This document shows positions 22,640 through 36,444 of a DNA stretch of 64,000 nt, piece by piece; within the stretch, counting starts at the first letter, position 1; the number at the start of each line of letters is the position of its first letter. The translations under genes were made by a program, and so were the position numbers. The stretch is taken from assembly GCF_964204645.1 (NCBI RefSeq), contig NC_134036.1, forward strand, positions 7,912,812-7,976,811, written 5' to 3'. The notes below the pieces were generated by a model that had not been told where the DNA came from, did not search any database, and was given only the letters and a program-made list of their open reading frames with translations. This stretch comes from Tubulanus polymorphus (lineage: Eukaryota; Animalia; Nemertea).

Positions 22640-24390
22640 TGGGCCATATTTCAAAGATTTAGGCAATCGGTCGAAATACTATTGCTTGGATTAGTCTTAA
22701 CGCGATTCGACAATTAAGATTAAACTCATTAGCATCTTATGTCGGTTGTCAACTCATTCCGCATCATGAAGATAGAAAGGGGAATGAAATATCAAAATCA
22801 CTATGGTAGGTTCGATATATTTGCCTTCAGATAAGCAGGCTTACCTGTTTCGGAAACCATCCTCTTTGGGAATGGACATCTTTGGCTGCAGTACAGTGTC
22901 TGTAAATAGTGGATATATTGATAATAATCAGGGTTTATTAGAATGTCTAAAAATGTTATTCCTGGGGATGATAAATTATTTATATATTTTGATGTTGCGA
23001 GCTTATTCACTAATGTTACTTTTAAACCTTCTTTGGATTTTCTTAGGAGAAAGTAACCTACTTCTGATTTTCATTTTGATAAAAACACAAGGGATACCCT
23101 AGAAATCGCAGATAGTGATTGTCTTTTGGATTTAATCGAACTTTGTACAAAAAACTCATATTTTCTATTTGGTTCTAATTTTTTTAAACAGACTTTTAGT
23201 ATGGCCATGGGGTATACAATCACCCCTGTTTTAGCTGGGTTTTTTGGAACACGTTGACAGCAAAGTTCTTCCTCATTACACTGAAAGTAGACCCAAACTT
23301 TGGCGACGTTACGATGATGTTATTCTTCGGTTAGTTTCCACCGATTTCAATTTGATTGGGTTCTTACATTATTTGAAGTCTTTATATATCCTACTCTAAA
23401 TTTCGATGTAAGTGGGATGAAAATAAAATCTAACCATTTGATACTATTTTGCTTCTTAGTGAACGTGTATTTGCTATAGCAATTTTGAAATGTGACCTAA
23501 GCATACGGAACTTTACGGTGGCAATGTTTTTGAAAGTCACACGTCGCCATAAATTGTCATTTCAAATAGTTTAGTACCGGCGTCAACCACTTCAATATAA
23601 CGCGATGACTGGTATTGCACGTATCTGGATGTGCTCTTGGTCTGAATACTTTCATAATAGACCCGTAGCCGGGGATTTTGAAATTCTGGCCACAAATTTT
23701 GAAAAGGAAAGTTGGCTACAAAAAGAGTTTGATATCAACTACCCAGAGTTTGATATCAACTGGGCCATATTTTAAAGATTTAGGTAATAGGTCGAAATAC
23801 TATTGCTTTGATTAGTCCTAACGCGATTCAACTCATTGGCATCTTATGTCGGTTGTAAACTCATTCCGCATCATGAGGATAGAAAGGGAAATGAAATATC
23901 AAGATTATTTTGATAGTTTCTTTATGTTTGCTTTCCAGTTAAGCAGGTTTACCTCTTAGGGAAACCAACCTAGTTGGGAATGGAGATCTTTGGCTACAGT
24001 TCAAAATGTAAAATCTGTAAATAGTGGATATGCTGATAATTAGATAAATCCTATAATTCAAATTTTATATGATTAAATCTATTATTTTGAAACCGCAATG
24101 AGTTTGAGCATATTGAATCATATGATTTTATAGTACAGATCTCAACAACCAACCAAGATGTGTATACAAAAAACTAAATCAACCCTGTTAGAAATTATGC
24201 AAAGCAAATTCATACTTTTTTCGGGCATTATTGCGAATTACAAAGATTACGATGTTTCAAAACGGTTTCCGTCGCTTCCTTATCCCTGCGGACTTTCAAA
24301 CATTATATGAAGGATATTCCGCCATGACCGATCATATCATATTGCGATTCACCATCTTATTGACTCTCTAAATATTTAGCAGAAATTCTT
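22640..24390 (+). pseudogene. Rearranged fragments of a Penelope-like reverse transcriptase retroelement
   Basis: Own translation gives LDLIELCTKNSYF...FKQTFSMAMG..ITPVLA...WRRYDD and DIPP.PIISYCDSPSY.LSKYLAEIL, typical PLE RT motifs. Confidence 0.65.
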
Positions 24391-24899
24391 CTTTGGTGCC
24401 AGAAAAAGGGCGTGTCCCTGACTGTGGCACATTTAGCAGGGAAAAGGAACGTGATGGCCGATGCTCTGTCTCGTCGAGGTCAGGCTACTGCGACAGAGTG
24501 GTTTCTCCACCAAGAAGTAGCCGATCGGGTTCGGGGCATGTTTGGCAATCCGCTGCTGGATCTGTTTGCCACCCGGTTCAATCGGAGGTGTCCTTTGTTT
24601 GTGTTTCCGTTTCCAGACGCGGATGCGTGGGGGTCGATGCCTTCTCTCTGGACTGGTCGGGGATGCATGCGTATGCGTTCCCCCCACACCAGTCCTGCCG
24701 CGCTTACTGGATCAAATAGAGAGATCAGTCAATTGCAACATAGTTCTGGTAGCTCCATGTTGGCCGGCTCAGAAATGGTTCCTACCACTTCTCAACCTAC
24801 TGTGCGACAACCCCAGGATTCTTCCGAATTTCCTATCGCTTCGGTCTCAGGGGAACTTTCGGCATCATCCAAACAGCCAGTGGTTAAATCTGCTTGCCT

Positions 24900-25932
24900 G
24901 GCCATTGTCCAGCGATCCTTGTCAGCTTCAGGCTTTTCAGAACAGGCTGCCTCCTTTATCGCAGGATCTAAGCGGCCATCAACAAGTACAATTTATGATG
25001 CCAAATGGAGTCATTTTGCGGATTGGTGTGCTGCAGGGGAAATTGATCCATGCTCACCCTCTGTAGCTCAATTGGCAGACTATTAAAGGTTACCGCTCCG
25101 CGATTTCTCATACATTGCGTGCTTCTGGATGGCCAAACGTAGGAGGGGATCATCGGATATCCCAGCTTGTTGCAGGGTTTTCTATTTCCCGGCCTCAGGT
25201 ACCATGGACAGTTCCACCATGGGATCTGTCTGTAATTTTGAAGAAGTTAATGGAGGCTCCATTTGAACCTCTTTCGGCAGCGTCATTTGCGCATTTGTCA
25301 AAAAGACTGTATTTCTGCTGTTCTTGGCTTGCTCGGCCCGTCGCTCTGAGATTCATGCGCTTTCAGTCCGACAAGGTCATATTGTCTTTGGGCCAGCGAA
25401 GGAATTTGTTTCGCTGCGGCCAGCTTTGGAATTTTTGGCCAAGAACCAACGACCAGGCTTGGTTGGGCGTCAATGGCGAATTGAAGCCCTAAAACATCGA
25501 GTGGAACCGGGCATCCCGGACAGGACTTTATGTCCTGTGCGGGCGTTGTGTTTCTATTTAGATCGCTCTGCTTCACGGAGGGGTTCACGGGAACGGTTAT
25601 TTATTCCGCTGCTGGATCACCTAAAGGGTGATATTTCACGGGACACAGTGGCCCGATGGGTCTCTTCACTGATCAAGGACGTTTTATTGAAGGAGAATCT
25701 TTCCTCGGATGAAGTGGTTTCTCATCAAGTGAGGTCTATGGCTACTTCCTGCGCAGCCTTTTCGGGTGCTCCGTTGGAGGAAGTCTGTCGGGCCGCCTTT
25801 TGGAAGTCTTCATCGACATTCACGTCATTTTATTTACGGGATGTTTCAGGCCAGTTAGGCTCATTAGCTTCATTTGGTCCTGTTGTCATGGCTCAAGGTG
25901 TCCGTTCTTTCCGATCGGACCCTTTAGTGTAG
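24900..25932 (+). pseudogene. Tyrosine recombinase of the DIRS element (frameshifted; start approximate)
   Basis: Catalytic R...H-x-x-R...W...Y pattern in ORF 25324..25932; upstream YDAKWSHFADWC segment. Confidence 0.85.
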
Positions 25933-26200
25933 AATATTTATGTTGCATTATCAGGATCACAGGGGGTGTATCCTTGTACATAGTTTGGGCTCATATCTGC
26001 AAGTATTAATTTCGCAAAATTCTGGGGGGGGGGGGGGGTGCCCTGAGCTGGACGGACTCACTGTGGCCAACCGGTCTTCCCTGTGCTACAGTGCTCCATT
26101 CCATGCTTGGGTAAGTGCTCTCTTTTTCCCTCTTACCTTGCGTTTGAGCGGTGGTTTTTCTATCTACCTTTCCCACCATCCTTGTGCTAGGCTAGTCTAG

Positions 26201-26468
26201 CAAAAACCATAGGAAAGGGTACAGGACTCGACAGAAATATTACAATATTTCCGAGTAGTACTTACCCTTTCCTATGGTGGGAATCCCGCCCACCTGCCCC
26301 GCATAGCTGTTTTTTTGGTCTGCTATGACGTAAAAAGATGGTGGATTTCGCCGGTGGCTAAATGCAATACCGCAGGGTTGGGTCGTATAGAAAAACCATT
26401 GGCGATCAATCCAAATTTAGAAAATATTGGCAAAAACCATAGGAAAGGGTAAGTACTACTCGGAAATA
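26201..26468. repeat. DIRS terminal repeat / internal complementary region
   Basis: 33-bp perfect inverted repeat 26246-26278 vs 26436-26468; direct repeat CAAAAACCATAGGAAAGGGTA at 26201 and 26431. Confidence 0.8.
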
Positions 26469-26489
26469 CAAATTTTAGTTCCAAAAATT

Positions 26490-28835
26490 GTAATTTCTTA
26501 GATGTTGTTCTTTAGGATTGCGATATTTTTTATTCTCCATTTATATATAATTAATATTATTTCTATATTATTAATATTGAATACTATCTAATTGTGAATT
26601 TGATATATTTAATTGCGCATCAGAATTAATATAAATATGCATTTTATAATCATCGATTCGTTTTTTCTTTATCATGTTTAATTGTATTCAATCTTTTGTA
26701 CTTTGTAATTTTTTCCCAGAACCATGTAACAAGTTATCTTCAGTTGTTCCAAAATCTACCCATAATGCAATTTTATTAGCAGTATAATAATCAATTTGAT
26801 TAATATTACAATCTTTAGATGATTTTATTTTTTTTCATTCATGAAATGTTTTTTTTGTTTGTTTCTACCCATTGATCTATTACTCTCATTCCTTGACAAA
26901 ATATTTTATTGGCTATACCTTCAATTGTTATTTCTACTTATAATATTTCGGGATTAAAATAATTATTAACATCTATTGTGCCATTAGCATATTCTTTGGT
27001 AATAAATAATAAAATACCTTTAGGAAAGTCAACAATTTCATTTATTATTTCATCACTTGCATTAATAGTTAGAGTTTTACTGTATCATATTCTTAACATA
27101 TATTCGATAATTTATGACCCATATCTTTAATTACACTTGATAATACTATTTCATTTACAGGAGCAAAGTTATTTCAAATGTTATGTATTCTTGAATTGCG
27201 TATTTATATAAAAGTGCATTATTATTCATTATTCAAAATCTAATGGAATTTCATATTTTCTTCCATAAATGTTTTTTTATTAAATTATCTGCAGCATTAG
27301 TTACTATTGCATTATTTGCTTTTGATCCTAATTTATTTTAATTTTTCTGTTTGAATTCCTAGAAATATCATATTTTTTCTATTTACTTTTGTTAACCATA
27401 AATCTTTATAATGTGCAAATAAATTATAATCATCTAATGTAAAAACAGTTTCTGGTTCAATTTTCATCCTAAATTTTTGTATCAAGTATCTACCAGCATT
27501 ATCTACAACATAATTATTATTATTACCAGTTAATTCTATATCAGCTGATAAATACATACTGCTTGATAAGGCATAAAAAGTATTTTGATTTAATCTAGGA
27601 ATTCTAACTTATAAAGTTTCATTTGGATTAATATTTTATTTGAAGGATTGAGAAATTATATGATGATTACGTTCTGCTTGATTTGCATTAGATATTCTTG
27701 AATTATTTGAAGGATCTATATATTTTCCATTCACCAGTTATTAATAAAAAAGCTTACTTACCTACTTTTTACCATATTTAAAAATCCGAAAAAATAGCAC
27801 TAACAACTGCAATTAAAAATGCAATCATATGTTCGGCAGTAAAACTTATACTATTTCCAACAGAGTTTTAAATAAAACTATCAATTGATGCTATAAATCC
27901 AGGTAATGCTGCAGCTGATTTTTTAGATAATTCCCATAAATATTTTGCTAATTTGTTTAGACCATCTTTAACTTTATTTTGTATATTTATGGTAATTATT
28001 TGGCAGTTTATCTGGAATTTTAGGTCTTGGTATAGATTTTAATGAATTTGATATAGCTAAACTAATTGTTGTAAATACCGTAGTTAAAGCTGTTAGAATT
28101 TAAACAATTGTTATACCTTCTAATTCAAATAATGATTTTATTCTATCTTTTAATGATGATTCAAAATTTGGTTTTATTTATTAATAAATATTTAATAATA
28201 TCTTTTAATCTTTAAATTCGATTAGCACCTGATTTAAAAATCATTTTTTTCTTTTTTCTGTACTTTTGAATTTCTTTTAAATTATCAATTGCTTCTTCTA
28301 AACGTAATTCATTTTGTCTATATTACATTTCATCAATTACTTGAAGATCTAAATCCGATCTTAATTTTTCTAATTCTTTATTTGATTTAGATAATTCATC
28401 TTCTAAAGTCTCTAATTTTTTCGTGTACAATTTTCTCAGCTTCATTTCTTATACTAACAATTTCTCGAAGGAATTTTCATGAAACATAGTTAAAGCTTCT
28501 ATTTATTGATCTCTTAAACCGATTACTCCTTCCGGTAAAAGTTTTTCAGTTAGAAATTCCGCTGATCTAGGTTTACTGGTTTTTGATAACTTCTTTAGGG
28601 ATTGTTTCTGGTTCTAAATTTTCGAAATATAATCATTTCTTAGATTAAATTCTCTTCTATTTGGAGTTATTTCTTGTTCTGTAACATCAGTTTTATCATT
28701 CTTATTACTTACTCTTTTAATTCTAATTGTTCTAATTTAGCCGAAGTTGATTTTGTTATTATTTTATCACGACTCTTATTAGAAGATATCTTGAAATAAT
28801 AGTCATCTTTGAAACGCCAATAATAATCACCGTTA
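26490..28835 (-). mobile_element. Decayed Polinton relic (integrase start, MCP, coiled-coil/TM gene), copy 1
   Basis: ORF 27333..27557 YLSADI...NNYVVDN...FTLDDYNLF..YKDLWLTK matches the MCP; many indels. Confidence 0.85.
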
Positions 28836-30055
28836 TAATATCGGCTTCGGTCGTGTTTCGTTTTCTCGAGTATTTTTAGAATGGTCAAGTCGTTTGTTAC
28901 TGGGGGAAGTTTAAAAGGAGTGAGGATGAATTAAGTTGTCAATGTAAATATTTTCCGAATTATCACCATTTTCTTTTACCCGTTTTAATCTCGGCTTCGG
29001 TCGTGTTTTGTTTTCTTGCGTATTTTCAGAATGGTGGAGTTGTTTGTTTTCTGGGGGATGTTTGCCAAGGAGGATTGAGGATGACTTCAGTTGATAATGT
29101 AAATATTTTCCGAATTATCACCATTTTCTTTTACCCGTTTTAATATAGGCTTCGGTCGTGTTTCTTTTTCTTGATTATTTCTCGAGTATTTTCAGAATGA
29201 CCAATTGAAGTGTTCCTGGGTGATCTTTGACAAGGAGGATTGAGGATGAAGTCAGTTTTTGACGTAAATATCTTCCGAATTTTCAAAATTTTCATTTATC
29301 TGTTTTCATATCGGCTTCGGTCATGTTTTGTTTTAACAAGTATATTTGGAATGGTCGAGTCGTTTGTTACTGGGGATGATTTGCAAGGAAGATTGAGGAT
29401 GACTTCAGATTTTAGTGTAAATATTTTCCGAATTTTCAACTTTTTGTTTCATGTGTTTTAATAACGGCTTCGGTCGTGTTTCGTTTTCTCGAGTATTCTA
29501 AGAATGGTCGAGTCGTTTGTTACTGGGGGATGTTTGGCAAGGAGGAGTGAGGATGACATCAGTTGTTAAAGTAAATATTTTCCGAATTTTCGACATTTTC
29601 TTTTATTTGTTTTAATATCGGCTTCGGTCGTGTTTCGTTTACTCGAGTATTTTCAGAATGGTCGAGTTGTTTGTTACTGGGGGATGTTTGACAAGGAGGA
29701 TTAAGGATGACATCAGTTTTTAATGTAAATATTTTCCGAATTTTCTACATTTTCTTTTATCGGTTTTAATTTCGGTCATGCTTTGTTTTAACAAGTATAT
29801 TAAGAATGGTCGAGTCGTTTGTTACTGGGGATGATTTACAAGGAGGATTGAGGATGACATCGGAATTTTCAACATTTTCTTTTAGTTGTTTTAATACCGG
29901 TTTCGTTCGTGTTTCGTTTTCTCTAGTATTTTTACAATGGTCGAGTCGTTTGTTACTGGGGGATGTTTCACAAGGAGGGTTGTGGATGACTTCAGTTTTT
30001 AATGAAAACATTTTCAGAATTATCAACATTTTCTTTTATCTTTTTTACTATCGGC
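28836..30055. repeat. ~154-bp tandem satellite array
   Basis: CGGCTTCGG recurs at 29312, 29465 and 29619 (153-154 bp period). Confidence 0.92.
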
Positions 30056-30734
30056 TGAGGTGTGCATGTGCAAAGTCTGACTGAAGACATTTCTACCAAA
30101 TAGCGACATAAATACCGGGGAAAATCAAAGAAACCACACGTGATGAAACTTTCAAGGTCGTATATATGTATATTTATGGTTTTCATGTATCGCTTATTCA
30201 AATTACACTACCGACCTCTAGTGGGATCAATACATCACTAATTCTCACACCGCAGACATCAAATTGATTAAATCCTATTCCATAAACTTCCGATCGTTTC
30301 TCTCATTCAGCCCTCCGTGATGTGGGTACGTTGATCGGGTATTATACTCAAGATCTGCTTTTGGTCATTAACGGTTGACAAAACCATCATATGCCAATTA
30401 CCAAATACTTGTTACGAATAAAAAACCTCTCGTTTGACTTGTCAGGTTTAGGGTTTTTCACTACTCTTCCTTCTGAACTAACCAGACTCTACTCATGCGC
30501 AAGCTATTCCAGCTAATTATCTATCCATATGTATCAACAACAGCACTCTCTAACTACAAACTGTCAAACCAAGGTTTTTAATCTGTGACATGTAGTATTC
30601 CATGTTTATAATTTACGAGTTGATGGATCTATCAAAGTTAATTATACTGAGTATAGCAATCAATGACTATTTCCTGGATAGAGATCTGGGAGCAAAATGA
30701 GTGACATGAAACTTAGTGATGGTCGCATTTTGTT

Positions 30735-31480
30735 GCGGGAATATTTTCCGAATTTCCAACATTTTCTATTATCTGTTTAAATCTCGTGTTCGGTCGTGTT
30801 TTGTTTTTCTTAAGTATTTTTAGAATGGTCGAGTCGTGTGTTACTGGGGGATGTTGGACAACGAGGTTTGAGGATGACTTCAGTTTTTTTATGTGAATAT
30901 TTTCCGAATTTTTAACATTTTCTTTCATCTGTTTTAATATCGGCTTCGGTCGTGTTTCGTTTTCTCGAGTATTTTCAGAATGGTCGAGTCGTATGTTACT
31001 GGGGGATGTTTGACAAGGAGGAATGAGGAAGACTTCAGTTTTTGTTGTAAATATTTTCCGAATTTTCAACATATTCTTCTATCTGTTTCATTATCGGCTT
31101 CGGTCGTGTTTCGTTTTCTCGAGTATTTGCAGAATGGTCGAGTGTTTTGTTACTGGGGGATGTTTGACAAGGACGATTGGGAATGACATCAGTTGTTAAT
31201 GTAAATATTTTCCGAATTGTCAATATTTACTTTTATCTGTTTTGATATCGGCTCCGTTCGTGTTTCGTTTTCTCGAGTATTTTCAGAATGGTCGAGTCGT
31301 TTGTTACTGAGTGATATTTGAAAAGGAGGTGTGAGGATGACTTCAGTTGTTTATGTAAATATTTTCCCAATTAGCACCATTTTCATTATCTGTTTTAATA
31401 TCGGCTTGGTCTTATTTTGTAATATCAAGTATATATTTAGAATGGTCGAGTCATTTGTTACTCGGGGTTGTTTGACACAA
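30735..31480. repeat. ~154-bp tandem satellite array
   Basis: Same unit as 28836-30055. Confidence 0.9.
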
Positions 31481-31534
31481 AATACAGTTTACAGTAAATT
31501 GCCGTAGCCTCCTAATAAAACTGGGATCACTATT

Positions 31535-34388
31535 AAGCAAAACAAATGATTTGAAATCATCAAATTTTTGTATGATAACATTTGCCATTAAGGAGACATT
31601 GATCCATCAATTTTGATGCCGGTGCATATAGTAACTAATTACATCGTTTTATTTTAGAATACATGTATTTGTTAGTTAAAACAGGAGTGATGTGATTTAT
31701 TCCTGCCTCTTGTTTCGGTCTTGTAGCCGCGTTCTAAACCCGCTGAAGTTGGTATATTAAACCCGCATATACCATAAAAGAGTGAACAGTTTAGCAGACA
31801 GTTTAGTAATAGAGTTCGAATATTCTAGTACACGTACTTCATTGTATCAATTTTGGGTCACGATATGATCGAATTTCCACACAATAGCCGCCGCCCAAAT
31901 CGTATTGTGGTAACGCTTGGTTAGAGCTTCATTCGAGAACCAGCCACCACGTCTAGCGCACGTACACCAGTGAAGGGCCTGTATTGAGATATAATTACCC
32001 ACCGAAGCCAAGTCAGAAAATCCCAACATATCTGGTAAGTTTTAGATCTTAATTAAGATAAACGATCATGAAATGTATTTAAATCAGTGGATTCGTGAAA
32101 TATCTTTCATATCAAACATTTTGTAGTTAGATTTTGTTGTAGGTGTATAGTACCATTCTTCAAAAACTGAATTAGTTTTGTATTTAAATCTTTCATTTCA
32201 GGCCTAGTTTAATTTCTCAAATTAAATTCATTTTATTCTGATAGTTGACCTTTTCGTTCGAAAATCTTACAATCTTACAACGCCCTAGTGATAGATATCT
32301 TGACAAGTCGGAAACATATTTTTGATTACTTTTAGAATATAACGGTGAGTATTCAACATATTCATTGCTGTTAGTTTCTCCTAAGTGTGAAGATTTCTTT
32401 TTTAGAATAATTTGCTTATCTGTTTTAGATTGATAGCACACTGGAAACAAAATCGATTGAATAGTCAACATCAAAACATGGGATCTTTATTTAATCTGAA
32501 TGGTTGAGTAAGTGTTCATTTTATATAAAAATGAATTAGAATCTTTCAACGATGAATAAAAGTGAAAGAATGAATTGAGTTTTCTGATATCGTTTCGCTG
32601 GGGTATTCATCGTGTGTAGCAGGATCTACAAGTGGTATAGCAGCAGCAGCAGCAGCAGCATCCATCAACATAGGAGAGGCAGCGACCGTCAAAACAGGAG
32701 CAGCAGCAACCGTCAACATAGGAGCAGCAGCATCCATCAACATAGGAGAGGCAGCATCCGTCAACATAGGAGCAGCAACAGCAGCAGCACAATATGAAAC
32801 GGTATCAAAAGTTTAAAGACAAGTAAGTTTAAATATAATTATTCACCCCTAAGCTGAAAATACAGAACCGGAAACTGTCAAGGTTTTTCAGAGCTTCATT
32901 TTCCCGAGCTAGTAACTAGAGAAAATATCGGCAAACTCTTCGGTACCGGGATTAACTTCCACGGCGACGTGATACCACCAGGAGCTCCAGACATCCCAAA
33001 CAGTGGTTCATGTAATTCTTAATTTCTATTTCGATAGTCATTACAGCGCTTTTTGTAAACATTTTCAGTAAAAAATAAAAAAGCGCTTCGTTCGACTTCG
33101 AAAAAAAGACTAGTTTGTTTGGTCTTTTAAAACCTTGATTTCTTCCAGCAAAGGTTAATTCTACAGAGCTCATTGATGCGCAGTGCCGGTACATAGATTC
33201 ACAAACTTGTACATAGATTCACAAAATTGAGCTGCAAGAGCAATATGAGCGACAGAGGAGCAACGGAGGAAAAATGAATCGCTTAGTAAAAAAGATAAGT
33301 AGAGTTTATCACTAGGAGCTGTACAGTATTTTGAATGCAGTCTGATATGTGTAAGATTGTAAATGTAGAAGATTCACTCATTGTTTCAGTCTAACTAAGT
33401 TGTGACTGATGTACATGTAACACTGATTGTGTACACAGTCATTTCATTTATTCCTCCTCATTTGGAAGAATGTTTATTCTCTCATCTTCATTAGCGATAA
33501 GAATCATTCCCATCCATTTAAACCGCTACATCGTGGCATTTCTACCTCTCTGATTGTAGTGTGGATTAGGAGTGGTTTGGAATAGGGAAGGGTACAGAGG
33601 AGCTCACACGTAGGGTAGAATAGGACAATGTGATAAGGTTAGGTCGAGTTGGATGGTGCAGGATGCGTTGGTGTGGTTGGGTTGGATGGTGAGTTTGGTA
33701 GAACTGATCACGGGGTGAGTGGTGTATGTGGTAGGATAGGGTAGTGTAGTTCGGTAGGTCTGCGATGAGATAGAAAGGCTGGTGTAAGGGCATTACATAA
33801 GTGACGGTGGTAGGGTTCGGGTAGGAGGATGAGGTGGGGTATGGTAATAGGATAGGGTAGGACAGGATGTGATAGGGTAAGGTCTCTGGGTGGGGTAGGG
33901 TTGTCGGGTTGTGGTTGGGTTTGGGATGGGTTTAGTTCTTGGAAGGGTATGCTTAGTACAATGTTTGATAGGTGTATTGCAATAGGCAGTGTAAATGTCG
34001 GTAGGCATTGTAGGGCCGATGTGAATTGGGGCAGGTTAGAACGTGTTGAGCTTGAATGAACCGAAAACTGATATCTGATTAAAAAAGAAATCATGCAATG
34101 AGAAAAACAGAGATCGTCGAAAAATTAAAGAGATGTTACTTAAGCATCCAAGACTTACGGTGGCAATGTTATTGAAAGTCACACGATGCAATGAATTTTA
34201 ATTTCAAATAGTTTAGTACCATCGTCAACCATTTCAATATCACGCGATGACTGGTATAGCACGTATCTGGATATGCTCTTGGTCTCAATACTTTCATAAC
34301 AGACCCGTAGCCGGGGATTTTGAAATTTTGAAAAGGAAAGTTGGCTAAAAAAGAGTTTGATATCAACTTCCCAGAGCCTGATAACAAC
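31535..34388. repeat. Host macro-repeat block A, copy 2 (carries the empty site for element 1)
   Basis: Colinear with 2657-5528 and continues directly into the sequence seen at 22640. Confidence 0.9.
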
Positions 34389-36440
34389 TGGGCCATATTT
34401 CAAAGATTTAGGTAGAAATACTATAGCTTTGATTAGTCTAAACGCGATTCGATCATTAAGATTAAACTCATTGGCATCTTATGTCGGTTGTAAGCTCTTT
34501 CTGCATCACGAGGATATAAATGGGAATGAAATATCGAAATAATTTTGGTAGGTTCGATGTTTGCCTTCAGATAAGCTGGCTTACCTGTTTTGGAAACCAT
34601 CCAATTCGGAATGGACATCTTTGGCTGCAGTTCAAAATCTGTAAATAGTGGATACATTGATGATAATCAGGGTTTATTAGAATGTCTAAAAATGTTGCTG
34701 TTAGTTTCCGCCGATTTCAATTTGATTAAGTTCTTACATTATTTGAACTCTTTATATATCCTACTCTATTAAATTTCGATTTAAGTGGGATGAAAATAAA
34801 ATCTAACCATTTGATACTATTTTGCTCATTAGTGAACGTGTATTTGCTATAGCAATTTTGAAATGTTACCTAAGCATACCGAACTTTACAGTGACAATGT
34901 TTTTGAAAGTCACACGTCGCCATAAATTTTCATTTCAAATAGTTTAGTACCGGCGTCAACAATTTCAATATAACGCGATGACTGGTATAGCCCGTATCTG
35001 GATGTGCCCTCGGTCTCAATACTTTCATGACGAACCCGTAGCCGGGGATTTTTAAATTTTGAAAAGGAAAGTTGGCTACAAAAAGAGTTTGATATCAACT
35101 TCCCCGAGTCTGATAACAACGGGACCATATTTCAAAGATTTAGGCAATAGGTCGAAATACTATTGCTTTGATTAGTCTTAACGCAATTCGACAATTAAAA
35201 TTAAACTCATTGGCTTCTTATGTCGGTTGTAAACTCTTTCCGCATCATAAAGATAGAAAGGGGAATGAAATATCGAAATCATTTTGGTAGGTTCGATATG
35301 TTTGCCTTCAGATAAGCAGGCTTCCCTGTTTTGGAAACCATCCTATTTGGGAATGGACATCTTTGGCTGTAATTCAAAATCACTAAATAGTGGATATATT
35401 GATAATAATCAGGTTTTATTAGAATGGCTAAAATGGGCATGATAAATTATTTATATATTTTAATGTTGCGAGCTTATTCACTAATGTTACTTTTAAACCT
35501 TCTATGGATTTTCTTAGGAGAAAGTTAGCTACTTCTGATTTTCATTTTGATAAAACCACAAGGAATACCGTAGAAATCGCAGATTACCGATTGTCTCTTG
35601 GATTTAATCGAACTTTGTACAAAAAACTCATATTTTCTATTTGGTTCTAATTTTTTTCAGACTTTTAGTATGGCTATGGGGAATACAATCACCCCTGTTT
35701 TGGCTGGGGTTTTTTGGAACACGTTGAAAGCACAGCTCTTCTTCTTTACACTGAAAGTAGACCCAAACTTCTGCGACGTTACGTTGATGATATTCTTCGG
35801 TTAGTTTCCGCCGATTTCAATTTGATTGGGTTCTTACATTATTTGAACTCTTTATATATCCTACTCTAAATTTCGCTTGAAGTGGGATGAAAATAAAATC
35901 TTACCATTTGATACTATTTTGTTCCTTAGTGAACGTGTATAAATTGTCATTTCAAATAGTTTAGTACCGGCGTCAACCGTTTCAATATGACGCGATAACT
36001 GGTATAGCACGTATCTGGATGTGCCCTCGGTCTCGATACTTTCATAACAGAGCCGTAGCCGGGGATTTTGAAACTTTGAAAAGGAAAGTTGGCTACAAAA
36101 AATGTTTGATATCAACTACCCTGAGTCTGATAACAACTGGGCCATATTTCAAAGATTTGGGCAATAGGTCGAAATAGATAGAGATAGAAATAAGATAGAA
36201 TGGGGAATGAAATATCGAAATCATTTTGGTAGGTTCGATATTTGCATTCAGATAAGCAGGCAAACCTGTTTTGGAAACAATCCTATTTGGGAACTTTCAA
36301 ACATTATAGAAAGGATATTCCGCCACGACCGATCATATCGTATTGCCGATTCACCATCTTATTGACTCTCTTAATATTTGGCAGAAACTCTGTCATCGGT
36401 TCTTGGTTCATTTTCGAATGCCCGCTTACGTCACAATTAT
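34389..36440 (+). pseudogene. Penelope-like RT fragments, copy 2 (internally repeated)
   Basis: ORF 35598 DLIELCTKNSYF...MAMGNTITPVLAG; ORF 36242 KHYRKDIPPRPIISY. Confidence 0.65.
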
Positions 36441-36444
36441 CTAT

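Larger units (their letters stand above)
24391..26480 (+). mobile_element. 3' fragment of a DIRS1-like tyrosine-recombinase retrotransposon
   Basis: GC-rich island; RNase H end HLAGKRNVMADALSR; methylase-like DLFATRFN...YAFPP; recombinase RRSEI...HQVRSMATS...FWKSSSTFTSFYLR; terminal repeat/ICR structure. Confidence 0.9.

Noticed and set aside
28836-31480. CRISPR array or repeat-protein genes in the periodic region
   Set aside because: Whole ~154-bp units repeat with no unique spacers and no cas genes; the short ORFs are satellite translations.
32546-32797. Metallothionein-like Cys-rich or Ala/Ser-rich ORFs (also 62237-62594)
   Set aside because: These are alternative frames of a 24-bp GCA-rich minisatellite; frames and flanks are not conserved among the three copies.
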